From: Hydrolagus colliei
Taxonomy: Eukaryota
Direction of reading: 5' to 3'
Length of the DNA: 64,000 nt
Assembly: GCA_035084275.1 (NCBI GenBank)
Contig: CM068749.1
Span: 12,958,001-13,022,000 of the forward strand
Shown here: piece by piece, positions 1 through 14,460 of the stretch
How the letters are laid out: each line of letters starts with the position of its first letter
Position numbering within the stretch: the stretch's first letter is position 1
Notes under the pieces: generated by a model
The model's input: the letters and a program-made list of their open reading frames with translations, nothing else
The model's database searches: none
Told to the model about the DNA's origin: nothing
Made by a program: the position numbers and the translations under genes

Positions 1-789
1 ATACCTGCTCCAGCACAAACCTTCACCACCAATCATCAAAGCAAAGCAATGTTTGAGCAGAGTGTTGTTAACCAATTGATCTCAGAAATGAGCCTAGTCA
101 AAACAATCTCCTTAACATAGTGACATACATCTTTGGAGTTGAGTTTAGAAATACTCCTATGCTTGAACTGCCTGCTTTTCTGTTTCCCGATGGATACTGT
201 ACAGATTTACACTACAGACTACGACCCATAAGAAGAACTGATAAATATTAGAAAGCTGTACGGTTTGAGATCTGCAAAGGATCATATAAAACTATAACCT
301 GTAGGGACACAATGCCCGCTGAGTCCTAAAATAGCACAGAATTAATCAATAATCTGCTAATATGTAACCTTGACACTAAAGCTAGTAATGCAGCATGGAG
401 CTGAATTCTAAAGCAATGTATTAATACAGTATTCCCAGTAATGAAAGAAGGGAGAGAATCTTGTACAGGCAGTTTCACATTTCTCATCACATTGAGAAGA
501 TAAAAACGCAGATTTAGTTCTGTGTATAAAAAATGTGCAATTGGAACCTGTAAAATATGATTTTTATTTTCAGAAATGAGGAAACTGAATAACAGTCAAT
601 TAAACCATGAGAAAATCAGCTTGGTGGTGTTATTAAACAGGCAGAACTGCGTATGGTTATGCTAATTGTTTAGGTTTCAGATCAATTACATTTGGTTCAT
701 CAAAGTATCATTGACGAAATTGAAAGTGCGATTTCGTGGCAACTTGTTTTACCAGAATGACTTCAATCACTATACCCCAACCTCTAGAA

Positions 790-990
790 CCTCTAGAAAC
801 CCTTGTTTCTTTCTATCCCTCTGCCTTGCATCCTCTCTAACTATCTTCAAATACCACCTTAAAACCGACCTCTGACACAGTGACCATAGTCACCTCTCTC
901 TCCTCTTCCTCGTAGTTCGAGGACTAGCTCTGCAACTGCAAAGCACTCCGAGGCATCAACCTAAATAAATGCCAGTTGCTGCTGCTGTGC
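790..990 (+). mobile_element. Old L2 LINE 3' fragment
   Basis: tcttcaaataccaccttaaaaccgacctct (FKxHLKTxL motif) and aaagcactccg...taaatgccagttgctgctg tail. Confidence 0.6.
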
Positions 991-3934
991 TTTGTTGGAA
1001 GGTTCTTGGGAGCCAGTCATGCATTGGATTGTCAGGGTTTGTTCCGGTTCTGCATATTTGGTTGACTGAATGGGCTTGTCTTTACAATTACAATTTATTG
1101 CGAATTTTTTTGATCCAGCTAATTTTCGTAGTGATGGGCTGACATCACTATGGCAACAGCTCAAGCTTTTTAACTGTTCTGTATAGGTCTGTCGTATCCA
1201 CACCTACTCCACACCTACTGCTTTAAGATGGATGGAGTTTTCACCAAACTCTAAAGGTCAAACTTCTTCATCTCCCTGCTAGCTTTATGCAGATATTCCT
1301 ATTGTACAGTCTAAAGCACTTTGAGACGTCGAAAAGACGTAGAAAGCGCTATATAAATGTAAAAATTATTATTATTATATTACAAAGGAGAAAACTATAA
1401 GTTAGTGGGTAAAGGGGAAGCTAGTACTTTAATTCAGCTTACCCTTCTCACAGCCTCCAAGCCCAGGTGCAATTAGATATAGTGGTCATTTTTTAGTCAA
1501 GAACGAATATTAGCAAATGTTCAATGTTAATTTTACGAATGGTGTAATGAACAGAGAGAGATAAATGTAGGCAGAGGGAGGTGAGTGGGAGAATGAAAGT
1601 TGGGAGGACGAATTTTGCTATTATAAGTTTAAGATTAGCCATGTCCACTGAGCATTGGAATACAGAACAATCAAAACCTTGGTCTTCACAAACTATTCAA
1701 GAGTAGAATTAGCAGGATGCATCCCTCCAGGGAGAGAGTGTGCATTCCATTCCAAAAATCTACCTCTGAGATTTCTATGTGTAGGTAGGATGCATGGAAA
1801 TCTTGGCTTGGTTTGGTTCTGTTAAGCATGGTGATAGGTTTCCACATGTGTCAGACACCTGACTGACCTCAAAAAAAGAGTGGTGGTTTTCATTCTATCT
1901 GTGTTGGTGGGATTCAATCTCCTGTTAGTTGTGGCAATATTCTGGTGCACTGTGCTGCGCAGTCCCCCAATAACTCAGTCTTTCCGAATGGCTTCATTCC
2001 AGTAATCTATGCACTAATGGCATTCTGCCAAATCTGTCAAAATAAACAGAGGATCAGTGAGTTAATTTTGAGTACATTGTTGGGTAGTGATTTTAGAGGG
2101 TTATTACACTCCTTCTACACAGAGATCGATTACAGTAATAAATGTGAAGAGCCCAATGCTCTAATCGCAAAATGTTTGTTGATGTGCTCAAATGCACGGT
2201 TGCACAATTTGACTAATTTCTTTGTGCATGCACACAGTGCGCATCTACTTGTGGGGGGTGGGGGGGTGCAGTCAAGTGCCTGACACGTGTGGAAACCTAT
2301 CACAATCCTGATAATGTCATTTTTAAAATCTTGCATTTGATACAGCATGTTACATCAAGAGGATGCCTCAAAGTCCTTCACAGGATTTATTGTAAATGCA
2401 GTGACATATGTTTTTCCTTTGAACACTTCAGGCAATCTGCACAAAACAATGTCCCACAATGAAATGAACAAACAATTTTATCCAGGGGATTGTCAGTCGA
2501 GACACCAGGAGAAACTCCCTTTACTTGGAAGTTGGCAGCTGGGGCAGATTTTTATGATGTTACTGATGACGAAGATAGATTCCGAGAGTATTACCTTGTT
2601 GCACCATTAGGTCATCAATACAAATCATCCCGCAGGAATGGGAGCAGGGAATTGATATAAAATAATAGATGTTTAGAAAGCATTTTATTGTAAATTTAGG
2701 CATGAGAATATGAAAAATCAATTGGCACATACTGTACAGCGAAGTTGAGTGGAGAGCATCCTGTGGCAAAGTGGTTTTGTGGTCTCACAATGGGATCTGC
2801 AATGTTCAGATGTATTTCATATGATGTAATCATGTATATTGTGTCCTGATGTCTCCCACTGGATATTAAAGGGTCATTATCTCACTTGCTGGACATGTAA
2901 ACGTGTGGAACAATATGACTTCATATTCATTGGAGTGCTTAAACACTCTGCTTTTATTCCTCAGCAACAACAGAATGATCTTTTCAGAACGTAGTGTTGC
3001 AACACCACATGACTCGCTTTCAATTGTTCAACAAACATAATTTTTTTTTACCAAGTTTCTTGTTTTTATTTATGGACAGGGCACCCTTTTAATGCAAGTG
3101 CCGAGATTCAAGAATTCAGGGCAAGTTGCAATCACGGCTTCTATTTAAAATTGTACTTCCACTATTCTTAAAAACCTGTGTTTACTTTACATTGTGATAG
3201 AGCATCACTTACAAAGTACAGTCACTCTACTTTACAGTAAAAACCCATGAAGTGCTTTGAGACAGTAAATCCTGTGAGGTGTTCCTGATGAGAAAGACGT
3301 TATATCAGATGCAAGGCTTATTCTTATTATTTTTTTATTATTATTATAATGATGGAGGTCTGAATACTGGACTGCACTTGAGTTAAAATGGTTGAAATTA
3401 CAAATAAAGATTTTTAAATATCTGACTGAAAGCTGTAAACTTCAGGAAAAATCTGAAAGTAAAATTATACTTAGAAATAAATACTGTATAGCCAGAAACT
3501 AACATTTAAAGAAATCGACCAATAGTAGTAAGCCCAAAGTGCAGGCAAAGCAGAAGAGCAGGTAGAGAGAGAGAAAAGAACTGGAGTTATTGTGTTCCTA
3601 TCCTATGGAAGAGGAAGGAAATGGTGATATGTTTGATGCAGGAAGATGCAAGCTGCAAAAGGGTAATGATGGCAGATAGTGGAGGAGGGATGTAAAATGT
3701 ACTGATTCAGTCATAGCAGGAAATCCTTATTCAGACATTTCTTTGGCCTGGTTTCAGACAGAGATTGCCTCAGAATGTCAGCAATGCAATCGTTTTGTCT
3801 GGTAATACATGAGTAAGAGGAAGGATCTGACTCAGAAAAAGATTATCTGTGATAGCAATTCAGCAACAACAACAATTTGAATTTTGCATTACTGCCATAC
3901 TTCCAAGATAAGCACAAACCTGCTTACATCCACA

Positions 3935-4000
3935 TCCAGCGCCTTAGGACATCCTCCTGACGTGAAAGGTGCTGTACAAGTGTAATTTTGTTGTTGTTGC
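3935..4000 (+). mobile_element. L2 3' tail abutting a SINE head
   Basis: cagcgccttaggacatcctcctgacgtgaaaggtgctgtacaagtgtaattttgttgttgttg. Confidence 0.8.
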
Positions 4001-4004
4001 TATG

Positions 4005-4212
4005 TATCTCAGTGGTTAGTGCACTCGCCTTATAAGTGTGAGACCTGTGTTCGAATCCAGGCAGATCAGGGTGAAACCTTTGGCAACTTTCCTTATTCCA
4101 TGTGCCTAATAATAATCTGTCCATAAAAATCACAATAATAAAAAAAAGGTCATTTTTAATCCACGACTGTTTGTGGGACACTGCTTTACGCAATTGGCTG
4201 CCACGTTTCGAC
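4005..4212 (+). mobile_element. tRNA-derived SINE, 3'-truncated
   Basis: A-box ctcagtggttag and B-box gttcgaatcc; body shared with the copies at 10276 and 48216. Confidence 0.85.
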
Positions 4213-5364
4213 CATTCCTGGGGTTAAGCCAGTGGGAGGGGGAATCACATCCTTAACATCCTTAACAGCAGCTCACTGTAGTTCTATGAATAACAGAATC
4301 TCAAAAGCCTCAGAGAGCTTTTCCATTCAGTGATGATAAATTCCAAACGGTTGGACACTTCACTCAAGAAGTTGACAAACGCCATGCAGTTGCAGTAAAT
4401 CTTTCAAGAAATAATTGTGTTGAAGGAATGTTATACAATTGAAAATAATACAACAAACTAGACTATTGCAAAGCATTCAGTTTTCAATAGTGCATATTGA
4501 AGATGTCTCAGAAAGCAGTATCTATCCATCCAGTAAAGCTGATTGTACATAAACAGCAAAGAATGTCATTGATTGTTATTTGAAGAAGTTCTGATGTGCT
4601 AAAATATTACCCGAGAGTTACTGAAATAATTGTTAAAAAAAAGCATTATGCATTATGTCGAGCTTGATTTTACTTCTGTAATATGAAGGTCAATATTTTA
4701 GCACTCGTGGACGAAAAAAAGTGGAGTCAATATTTGTTTTTACAATACCCTTGGGCTGTAATCACTTACAAATGTTTTAACCACACTGAGCCATTATTAC
4801 ATCAAATGCAAATGATAACTATTATTATAAAGAGTAATAAAATGTAAGTTCTTTATTTCCTCCCTGATTTTAACTTTCAATGCGAGACTGTACAGCAAAC
4901 AGCCTCAACTAAATCCTTTTCAATAACATGAAATGTATTTAATAAGTAGAAATTCAGAGACTACAATTGAATTCTATAATAAAAAGTGAAGACATAGCAC
5001 TCTGTTAGACTTTCACATTACAGTGCAGTATTTCAGTCTAAATGCTTTCCTGAAATTCTACTTCATTTCTCTACTGCCCTGGCTGGATGTAAAGTTAGAT
5101 GGATTGTAAGGATGATTTTCAAACATAGAGGAAGCTTGCTAAGTTGATATACACGCCATTGTCCCATTTTACCCATTCTTTGCTAATGGTTGTATTCTGT
5201 CTTAATCGCGAACTAAACTATGTGATGTACAGTCTGTGAATCCAGAACAATGCTTTAGCATGTACCAATGCAATAGATCAAGAGGAAGAGATTTAGCGTT
5301 GCATAGGGCAATTCCAGAATAGACTCTGAAAATGTTTTATTTATCTAGAGAGTAATTAACAATT

Positions 5365-5506
5365 CAACAAGAAAGGCCGTTTGAGGCCAGGTCACTGGAT
5401 TCATTCAAAAAAATGCTTGATGTAAGGAAGATGGGGGTATTCTGAGATGATGAGATTAGATGGGCTAAACAGCCTTCTTCATCGAAACCAATCTTCTGTC
5501 TTATGA
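5365..5506 (+). mobile_element. CR1-type 3' end
   Basis: gaggccaggtcactggattcattcaaaaaaatgcttgat...tagatgggctaaacagccttcttcatc...tcttatg. Confidence 0.6.
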
Positions 5507-6017
5507 TACATTACTTATTTTCCGCTCAGGGAAAGGTATTATTCTCGTGTCAGTCACGTGATGTCAAAAGCCATCAATTTTTCTTTTCCATTATGTCATG
5601 CTGCTTGTATTGTGCTGAGTGCCTCCACCCAACTTATTTCATTAAAGAACTCTATAGTAGGTAGTATATAAAATAACAGCTAGCACCAAGTTTAAGGTAG
5701 TAATTCAGTTCAATGGTTTTTACTAAGGTACATAAACCACTCAACCTTTGCTCATGTTGTTTATGACATTCGAATGACTCAACTGAATTACTGCCTTGTA
5801 ATTCGCTGCTCTCTACCTTTTACCCTATATATAATGCGCATTTTATCCCCTTTTATATTCTGAGGACAGTATTTTCGTATGTCAGAATGTCTGCTTATAT
5901 ATTCTTTCTACTCTCTGATACAGTACCAGTGTTCTCTATAGGCAGACTTGGGAATTTCCTGAAACTAAATGAGAAACATTGAAAGAGCAGTTGTTGAGAG
6001 AAAGAAACACACACTAT

Positions 6018-6152
6018 GGGGTAGAAATTGACAAATTCTTCAACTCAGTCTCAAAATTTGCCCTTTAAATTTTTTAAACCTGCGAGTTCTTCTAAGAATT
6101 GCAGTAGTAACATTTTGAAAGTTGAGACTGATTTCGAGAATCAGATTCTACG
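6018..6152. mobile_element. Decayed MITE
   Basis: Left ggtagaaattgacaaattcttcaactcagtctcaa versus reverse complement of right end cgtagaatctgattctcgaaatcagtctcaa. Confidence 0.55.
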
Positions 6153-7055
6153 TTGCAACTCTATTACGTCCCAATGTTAATCCTTCAATTAACATTTCAT
6201 TGTGCCTCATTCAAATGTCTCTGCAGATCTATGGCACCCATAATCAGAAAACAATACCACCTACCCAATTTAACTCAATATTTTACATGAAGAATATCAG
6301 ACAGTTTTATTCTATTGATCTAGGGATCTGTGATAAAATGATAGAATATCTCATGCTGGATGGCTGGTAAAATCAAATGACAATACATTGCTTTAGCTTT
6401 GTTTTTGTGGTTCAACTTGTCTGCCAAGCCCATCTGAAATTTGATTGCAGCTACCCAAATACTAGTTCTCTTTGCAATGTGCACTCAATATATCATTCTC
6501 TGTAACACACTGTGAAATATTATCCCACATAAGTTGTTGTAATCTCGAAGCCATTGCCATTCACTGCTGTTGCTCACATTATTCAAATTGTCACTGACTG
6601 GATCAAAACAGTAATGCAGTTGGCACTAATATATAGCTCACACCCTACATGCATCTATAAACACATCTGACTTTAATGCTGTGTGTTTAAGTTAGGGCAG
6701 CAGAATGATAATGATCACTAAATAATCAGAGATTGGAGCACAGATTGAGAGATGAGTTCAGGATTCAGTTCAGTGTCCCAAGCTGAGCTACCCTTTGCAA
6801 TGTAAGCATTCTCAGGTGTGAGTTCTTCTGCATTACACAAATAGACATTTCAAAATCACAGCAAACAGCAAGAAATATTAAAAAATGTGATTCCATATTT
6901 TACTGTAATAAGAAATTTGAATATAAAATAAGAAAGTTAAAATATGAGACCTGCTACAATGAATTAAAATATTCTCCTTTCAGCTTTAGGACTAAGTGAT
7001 GGACTGTGATATGGTGAAAGAGCAACAAAATGGAATTATAGTACTGTAGTTTGCA

Positions 7056-7128
7056 GATCAGCCATGATCTAATAGAATTATAAAATGAGCTTGATGTGCT
7101 GAATGGTCTACCCCTGTTCCTATGTTAT
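7056..7128 (+). mobile_element. CR1/HER1-type 3' tail
   Basis: gatcagccatgatctaatagaat...gctgaatggtctacccctgttcctatgtt resembles shark CR1/HE1 tails. Confidence 0.7.
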
Positions 7129-8849
7129 TCTAAGGTGGAAGAAGATAATATTTTACATCTAAATCTGTTCTGGATGAAGGGAGTTTGGACACTCCAGAGG
7201 TTGAATCTCTGAGTAAGATGACAGCCTTAAGATCCAATTGCTAGGAACAAATTTTGTGCTTTGGTCTCAATAGCCAGAATTCACTGTAATTCGCTTTTAT
7301 ATTCCTTTGCTCAATCCAAGTTCATACTGCCATTAAGGAATAGGTATCGCTTATATTTATGTCATTGGGCGAACATAGAATTCCTTGGATATATTGGCAG
7401 CGTAAGGGTTCATCCAGTTCATGAATAAATTTATATTGTCGATTTCAGATAAACGAAGCAAATGAGGAGCGTAAATTTTGCAAACTGCCCCATGGGACTT
7501 GAATAAGCTCTCCACTCTACTCAGACAAACTCCACAGGATCAACTTCCAGCGGCTTTCCACTAAAAGAGAAGCAGTGGGTACTCCTACTTGTAACAGATG
7601 GTAAACTCTATTTTCAACAGATCAAACCAAAATCCATCCAAACCAGCAATATCTCCGATCTAAATCAAATGAATCAAACGATTGAACTCTAAATCCCTAG
7701 ATTTTGAACAAATTTGATTCTCATTTCTATTCCTGTTCTAATATCTGAGTGAAGAAGGTACTAAAATAATTTCATTTTATATACATGGAATTTGCTATAT
7801 AATAATACTTACGTATATTACTTAGCACCTTTAACATCAAAAAGCCCATTTTGTAGGGAATTGATCAGATGTGTATTTAAAAGTACAAGGCACAATCTGC
7901 CTAAGGCAATGTCACACAACCAGTGTTGAAATGAATGAGTATATTTTATTTGGAGGATTATTAACCAGGTCAAATTATTTTCGTTTTTTAAATCATGATA
8001 TAGGTTCTTCAAAGTCCATTTCAACAGGCAGATGGAACCTCGGTTTCACATCTGAAGAATGCTTGACCATGACTGTGAGCTCAAAGTCTGTGATCTGGGT
8101 CTATGAGCCCATAACCCTCAAAACTACAAGTGAGAGTGCTTATGACTAAACTAAGCTTTCTGCAAGTTCACTCTGCTCAGCTTAATGCCATGGTGCAGAA
8201 TTGCTATCCTCATCAACAAAAATGTTACAACGGTTAATATATTGCAATGTCAAGATATTTATTTGAATAATCACTTATTTCTAATGTTTTCATTTCATGT
8301 AAGGAATGCATTGAGGAACGTAATGAAGATTACTGCGATATTTTCTAACTAATTTTACAGAGCTAACATTGATCTCATGTGTTCAAAGTACAGTTCAAGC
8401 ATTTAGTGCAATTATCCAGTTACATCCGAAATTCACTTATGATCATTTAAAACAATGTTTGATCGTTTGATTTGTTTTTAGTTGTTATTTGCAAGAATTT
8501 AAATTAACCTGCAAAAGATGAAAAATTAATGAGGCGTTCAAATAGCAATTTAAATGAAAAGATTATTAAGAGTACAAACTTTTGAGAGCTAGTTTGCAGG
8601 TAAGACTCAGCAGCAAGCAATGCTGATAGTCTAACTCAAAATATCACTGTCCTCTGATCAAAAACACACTTGCCTACCCCTGCAATGCAGAGCTCTCATT
8701 AGCTGAGCATGCTGTGCAATATTGTACAGAAATCAACAGCTTTCTATTCTCAACTAAACATATTAACAGTTGCTCTGTCCTTATTCCCATCAGTTAACAT
8801 GCAGCTAGAGAAAGTCTTGTTTTTGCTAATTATCACTTTTAAAGCCTTT

Positions 8850-9227
8850 TAATCAAGTTTAAAGCCCTCTACTGTTGTAGTCTTTCCTATCTCTATGACT
8901 TCTTAACACTAAACCAACCTGTCAGCTCCCTCTGATCTTCGGGCACTGGCCTTCGTCCCTCTGCCTGCCCACCCACCATTGGCTTTCAGTTTTTCTGCCC
9001 CCACCCACTGGAACCCCCAAGCCCAAATCCCTCCGTCCTTGCTTCCTCGCTTCTATTAGGTCCTGTCTTTGACTGTGCTTTTGACCACACTCCCACTCCC
9101 ACTACCCTCCAACCATCTTGATCCTAAACTTCAATTAGGGTGCAAACCTTTAACTGTCCAGCAGCAGCTTGGGTCGTCTTTCCGATGTGAAAGGCGCTAT
9201 ATAAATGTAATTTGTTGTTGTTATTAT
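8850..9227 (+). mobile_element. L2 LINE 3' fragment
   Basis: C-rich decayed ORF2/3'UTR and gtgaaaggcgctatataaatgtaatttgttgttg tail. Confidence 0.8.
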
Positions 9228-10275
9228 ATGCCACATGACTTAATCAAAGGCTCAATAACTGTGTGTCACATAGTGTTTTGGTGTGTTCCTACATTTTATT
9301 TAACAAACATAAAAATAGCAAGAAATGGCCTGTTTATAGGCTGAGCTTGGAAGAGCAATATTTTCCAGCTCCTGATGTATCCCTTCCGTTCCTTCGAATC
9401 AATAAGTGCTTGTTTCTCCCCAGACAGTTTTGTATTCGATATAGCTGTCATGGGCTTGAAAACATAGGAGGTTTATATACATTTGTTATTGGATGTTAAC
9501 TAAGATTTATATGGTAGATGGTGGCCATTGAGAGCATGTTGTTTCTTAGCTTTTGTTCATTTATTGACAGGAATTGGTGTTATGCTGATCCATCATAGCA
9601 TGTCAGTGGAATGTCCTTCTGACTGCAAACATTTAAGATAAATTATTGGAACAAACCAAAACACTATGTGACAACTGTCAGTGTGCCTTTGAGTAAGTCA
9701 TGCTGTGTTTAATTAGTAAATAAACTCACTTGACTCAGGCTGCACATTAACTAGTGAGACCTAGAAGGGTTCGAATGATCATTATGTATAGGGTGGTGCT
9801 CAGCCAGAGATGGTCCACTGAAGTCTCTGAAGACACTGTCACTATTATTTTTGCTTTCCATTATAATCACTGATAGTACACACAGGAACATTTTACTCTT
9901 GAATTGCTGTAATATGACATTGACCATTCTCCAGCTATTTGTGGGACATTGCAAATTGGCTGCCATGATCTCCCGCAAATTACAGTCACTACACTTAACA
10001 ATACTTGCTGTAAAATTACTTGAACACAATAAGTGCCAAATGAAATGCAAGGCTTATTTGTTTTAAATTTATGTTTAACTTATGAAGTTGAATTTAACAA
10101 CAACTAAGGCGCTGAATGGTCAGGTGTCAGTGTGGGGGTTGACCTCACTTAATATGAGATCGCAGACTGTACCAAAAAGATTCCATCCTATCAACTTCAG
10201 TGTGGCAATGCTGTGTTCTCAGAACACAGCAGGAATTTACTGGACTTAATTTATTGTTTGTTCTTAATTTCTTCT

Positions 10276-10585
10276 TGTGGAGTCCTGTAGCTCAGTGGTC
10301 AGAGCATTCAACTTACAAGCGAAGAGACCTGGGTTCGATTCCAGGCAGGGCGAAACCTTGGGCAACTTACTTCACATGCCTAATAATAATCCGTCTTCAA
10401 AAAACACAATAATAAAAAAATTGGTAATTTTCAATCCACGACTGTTTGTGGGACATTGCTGTACGCGTTTCACCCACATATATACAGTCAATTCACTTTA
10501 CATTATATTTTGTGAAGCGCATTGAGACTAGAGTCTAGAAGATGTGAAGAGCAGACTATCAAATGGAAGGATTATTATTATTATT
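10276..10585 (+). mobile_element. Full-length tRNA-derived SINE with L2-like tail ending (ATT)n
   Basis: tgtggagtcctgtagctcagtggtcagagc...gggttcgattcc (Pol III A/B boxes), then ...gatgtgaaga...aaatggaaggattattattatt. At least 9 related copies with a head in the window. Confidence 0.92.
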
Positions 10586-10836
10586 GATCATTGCACATGT
10601 ATTCGAAGGTGCTTACCTAATGAGAAGGCTTGTATTGTGGGAAACATTGTGAACTCTATTTGGGATCTTATTATTTATCTTAATCTTCTCTAATAGACAT
10701 TACTATATCAGGGTGGTGGTCTATCCTCCTCTTGGTTGTGCTGTCTTGCACCTGCCTTGTATTCTTACCTGTTAACAGATGGTAGTTAGTTATTCATGTA
10801 TTCTTCTCTGTTGTTACATCTAGTCTTATCTTTGAC

Positions 10837-11366
10837 AAGCTGGCCTTCCCAACTCCTCCCTCCATAGGCTGCAGATCATCCAGAACTCTGCAGCCTGTGT
10901 CCTCTCCCGTACCAAGCTCCTCGACCCTATCACCCCAATTCTCGCCCACTCCACCGGCTTCCCATCATTCAGAGGATTCACTTCAAGATCTTGGTCTTCA
11001 ATTTTAAAGCTCTCCATGACCCTGCACCATCCTATCTGTGCGACCCCCTAACCACTGTCAACCTGTCCGCTCTCTCAGTTCAGCGGGCTCCAGCCTGCTC
11101 TACGTCCCCTGACTCATCCGCCACTCCATCAGATAGACAAGCCTTCAGACACTCTGCCCCTAATCTTTGGAACTATCCTGCATTCCCTCCACCTTGCCCC
11201 CTCCCTAGCCTCCTTCAAGTCCTGCCTCTTCAACGGTCCTATCGCTCACCCCAAATCCCTCCCCGTCCCCGACCCCAGCTCTGGTCTGAAAGAATGACTG
11301 TCCAGCACTTTGGGACATCCCCGTGAGGTGAAAGGCACTATACAAGTGTAATTTTGTTGTTGTTGT
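10837..11366 (+). mobile_element. L2-clade LINE 3' fragment (decayed ORF2 C-terminus, 3'UTR and (GTT)n tail)
   Basis: Translates, with a frameshift, as AGLPNSSLHRLQIIQNSAACVLSRTK..DPITPILA../HRLPIIQRIHFKILVFNFKALHDPAPSYL, typical of L2 ORF2 ends. Terminates gtgaaaggcactatacaagtgtaattttgttgttgttg. Confidence 0.92.
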
Positions 11367-12551
11367 AACCGTTTTATTGATTGACCTTCTATTGCTGTAT
11401 TTCTGCATTGCCAAAAATACGGGAATGTGTTGACACAAAAATCTCCCCAAAAAAGAATTTCCTATGGAATCTTCCTACCCCTCCTTGTCGATCCCAACAT
11501 AGTATTTTTTTTGTCACATACTATACTTACCTTTAGTTGTTTAATCCTGCTTGCCTATCCAATTAAATATACGTATCATTTATCCCAAAGATCTGCTGCA
11601 ACATAAATCCAAACATATAGACATCACAGATTGACTGGTATTAATTGTGCATGAAAATGACATGTATATTGAAGATACTGTAACTCTGCATGATATATTT
11701 TCAACAATGTTTATCAGAGGAATTTTGTTGCTTTTATTGATAATTTGAGTCTGGCTTGAGAGGTTGTTAATTGATGTGAAACTGCAGGTAGTTAGAAGAT
11801 ACTCGGTTTGCAGTTGTGCTAAATACTATTCATGACACTATATGTGGCACAGGATTTTAAAAAATATATAGGCTTGGAAGCCTTGCATTGATCCGCTAGT
11901 ACAAATAAATCGGGCACAGCTAACAACATTCCTTTGAGTTGACAAATTACCAGGAAATCACCCAATATAAATTCACCTCAGGGAATCAGTTGTGTAAAGC
12001 TACCCGTTAACATTTTGAACTAGTCTCAAAATAAGGACCAAAAGGAACACCTTCCCCAACTGTGCAGGAGTTCTGAGCAATGTTCCTGCTGGTTTCTACA
12101 GAAAGAACGTACTGTATAATGGAATATTCTCTTGATCACTCAGCAAGTCACTTGGCTATTCAGTGGCACTTCAAGACAATGTCAGCAGCACGAGAGCAAA
12201 CTAGCGGGCCACATATAAATGACCTGAATTATGATTTAAATGTATGTCTAAAAACATAGTCAGAATAATAAACCCTTGCATTCATGGCATGTACAGGGAT
12301 GAACAGTCAGTGCAAATAGTGCTTTCTTGTACTGATGTGGAGAGAAAAATTGGTTAGTGGGACATGTGAAGTGACTAACTTTCTCAGCAGAATCCTAAAT
12401 CTGTCTTCCTGCCCTGGCACATGAACAAGGGAAAGAGATTTGTTTAAGGATATAGCAAAAACTTCAAACAGAAATCATGTTTATTCTGTTATAATATGGG
12501 AAATACCAAATATTATAATATAGGAAATAATAATTAGAAGAATTCCCATCA

Positions 12552-12878
12552 TGTCTTCTAGACGTCTCAAAGCACTTCACAAAATATACTGTAAAAGTGT
12601 TTTGAATGTATATTTTGTACGCAAACATAGCAGCCAATTACGCACAGCAGTGTCGCACAAACAGTTGTGGTTTGAGTCACCACATTTTTTTCAAATAGAT
12701 TATTACTCCCAGAAAATCAATCAGCCAATTGACTTACAAACGGGTTCCTACTTACTGCTATGTAAACATAGTTGTGTGGAATAAGGAAACTTGCCTAATG
12801 TTTTACCCTGCCCGGGAATCGACCCTGGTCTTCTCGCTTGCAAGGCAATAGCAAAACCAGTACACTACAGGACTGCAA
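12552..12878 (-). mobile_element. tRNA-derived SINE, long variant with extra central segment
   Basis: Reverse complement of the SINE head (ggaatcgaccctggtc...ctacaggact) and tail, plus an extra ggttcctacttactgctatgtaaaca segment. Confidence 0.85.
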
Positions 12879-14294
12879 AATTGCCTGTAATATAACCCTG
12901 AATATTATCAAATCTCACATTGTATTAGACCTTCTTTCTGCTCCTGGCTGAGTTCTTCTCCAATTACTTGAGGAGCTCTATAAACTCAGAGAGATGAGCC
13001 TCCCCATGAAAATTAATTTATTACTTTCCCATGAGACTTTAAAAATCTTTCAAGCTTGTAGATAGCCAATTGATGCTTACTCCTATAAGTTACACTTATA
13101 ACACAAAATCTAACCATACAGCCAACATTTCAAGGCTCCACATCAACTGCAGCTTTGAAGATACTTTTATGAATGAAAATCTTTGCATATTATTAATGAA
13201 AGATAAATTAATCTGCTAAGTAGTTAATTTCAACAGATACCAGGTCATAACATGCCGATATTGAATGAAATATTCAGCAGTACCAGAGGTAGAGGATGCA
13301 GGAATGTTATATTAATGGAAAATAGTAAACAAGAAGCCAACTTAATATTCCCTACACCACCATAAGTAAATAAATTACACTGGATTTTTCCATTACTAGT
13401 CAAATACAATTCAAGCTATTGTTGAACAAAGGTAATGCATCAAATGTCTTGATTGTATGTGGAGAATAGAAAACACCACAAAAGTTTACACATCTAAATA
13501 AACTCTACCATGTTTGTCTTTTATCTTTTGTGTATTTCAGAATGTTCAGAGGAACACTAGTTAACATAAAGTTAACCTGGTAGACATTTCAAGTCTTCAT
13601 AATGATGCCTTCTCTCCTTATGTAATCTGAATGCACCATTTTTTTTGTCAGAATGGAGAACGTGACTTTAATACCTTCGATGGTATATTCTGAGACCATT
13701 TCAGACACTCTGCAGTTATCTAGATAAACAGAACCCTGTTAATGGGACTTAATACGTTTCATATTAGGAGGTGTTGGGAATGAAAAGACTTGTCTGTTCA
13801 GATGGTCACTTCAGTCTGACCTGACCTGGGTCTATCAAACTCTGAGTCAGATCTAAATCATTATTTTCTCACAGGAATTGATAGCGAAGTGAAAATTCTT
13901 ATCTCCATGCATCCAGATGAAAAAGGGCAACTTCCCATCATTGAAAAGAGAGATGAGCTGATCCAAGGTGGAACTGTACAACCTGAGGTCCGGTCAGTTA
14001 GAAATACAAACTGGAACTTTTTCTTTCCATTAATGTACCAGTTCACTGAATTGTATCTCAGCAGGTGAGAAATTGCTTCACTTGTTAGTCTCAATTACAG
14101 ACCATGTGCTACAGTCTGGCTGTCCACTGAAGTAAGGAAGCTTTGGTCTTAATATTGTCTGAATTATAAATTAAAAACTAGATTTTACTTTGATTTCTGA
14201 CCCATTTTCAGCCTTAGTATTTAATATAAATTTATACTGTATTATAGTGTATAATATTATTACAGTTAAACGTTATCGTTATTTGCATGTATAA

Positions 14295-14460
14295 TACAAT
14301 TTACATTTGTATTGTATAGTGCCTTTCACATTGGGAGACGTCTCAAAGCGCTTAACAATACCGGATGTACACACAAGCTGAGGATGGAAGCAGAGGAGGG
14401 TGGAGAGGGGAAAGATTACCAAAAATGTAGGTAAAGAGGTACTGTTTGAGCTGCAATTTG
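14295..14460 (-). mobile_element. L2 3' fragment
   Basis: tatagtgcctttcacattgggagacgtctcaaagcgct followed by a purine-rich stretch (reverse complement of the 3'UTR). Confidence 0.7.

Noticed and set aside
7167-7208. Second hammerhead-like motif (ctggatga-a-gggagt..actcc)
   Set aside because: The CUGANGA box has an insertion and the GAAA box is absent. At best a very decayed relic.
10281-10352. tRNA genes at the SINE heads
   Set aside because: A and B boxes are present, but each continues into a shared SINE body and tail and lacks a proper cloverleaf.
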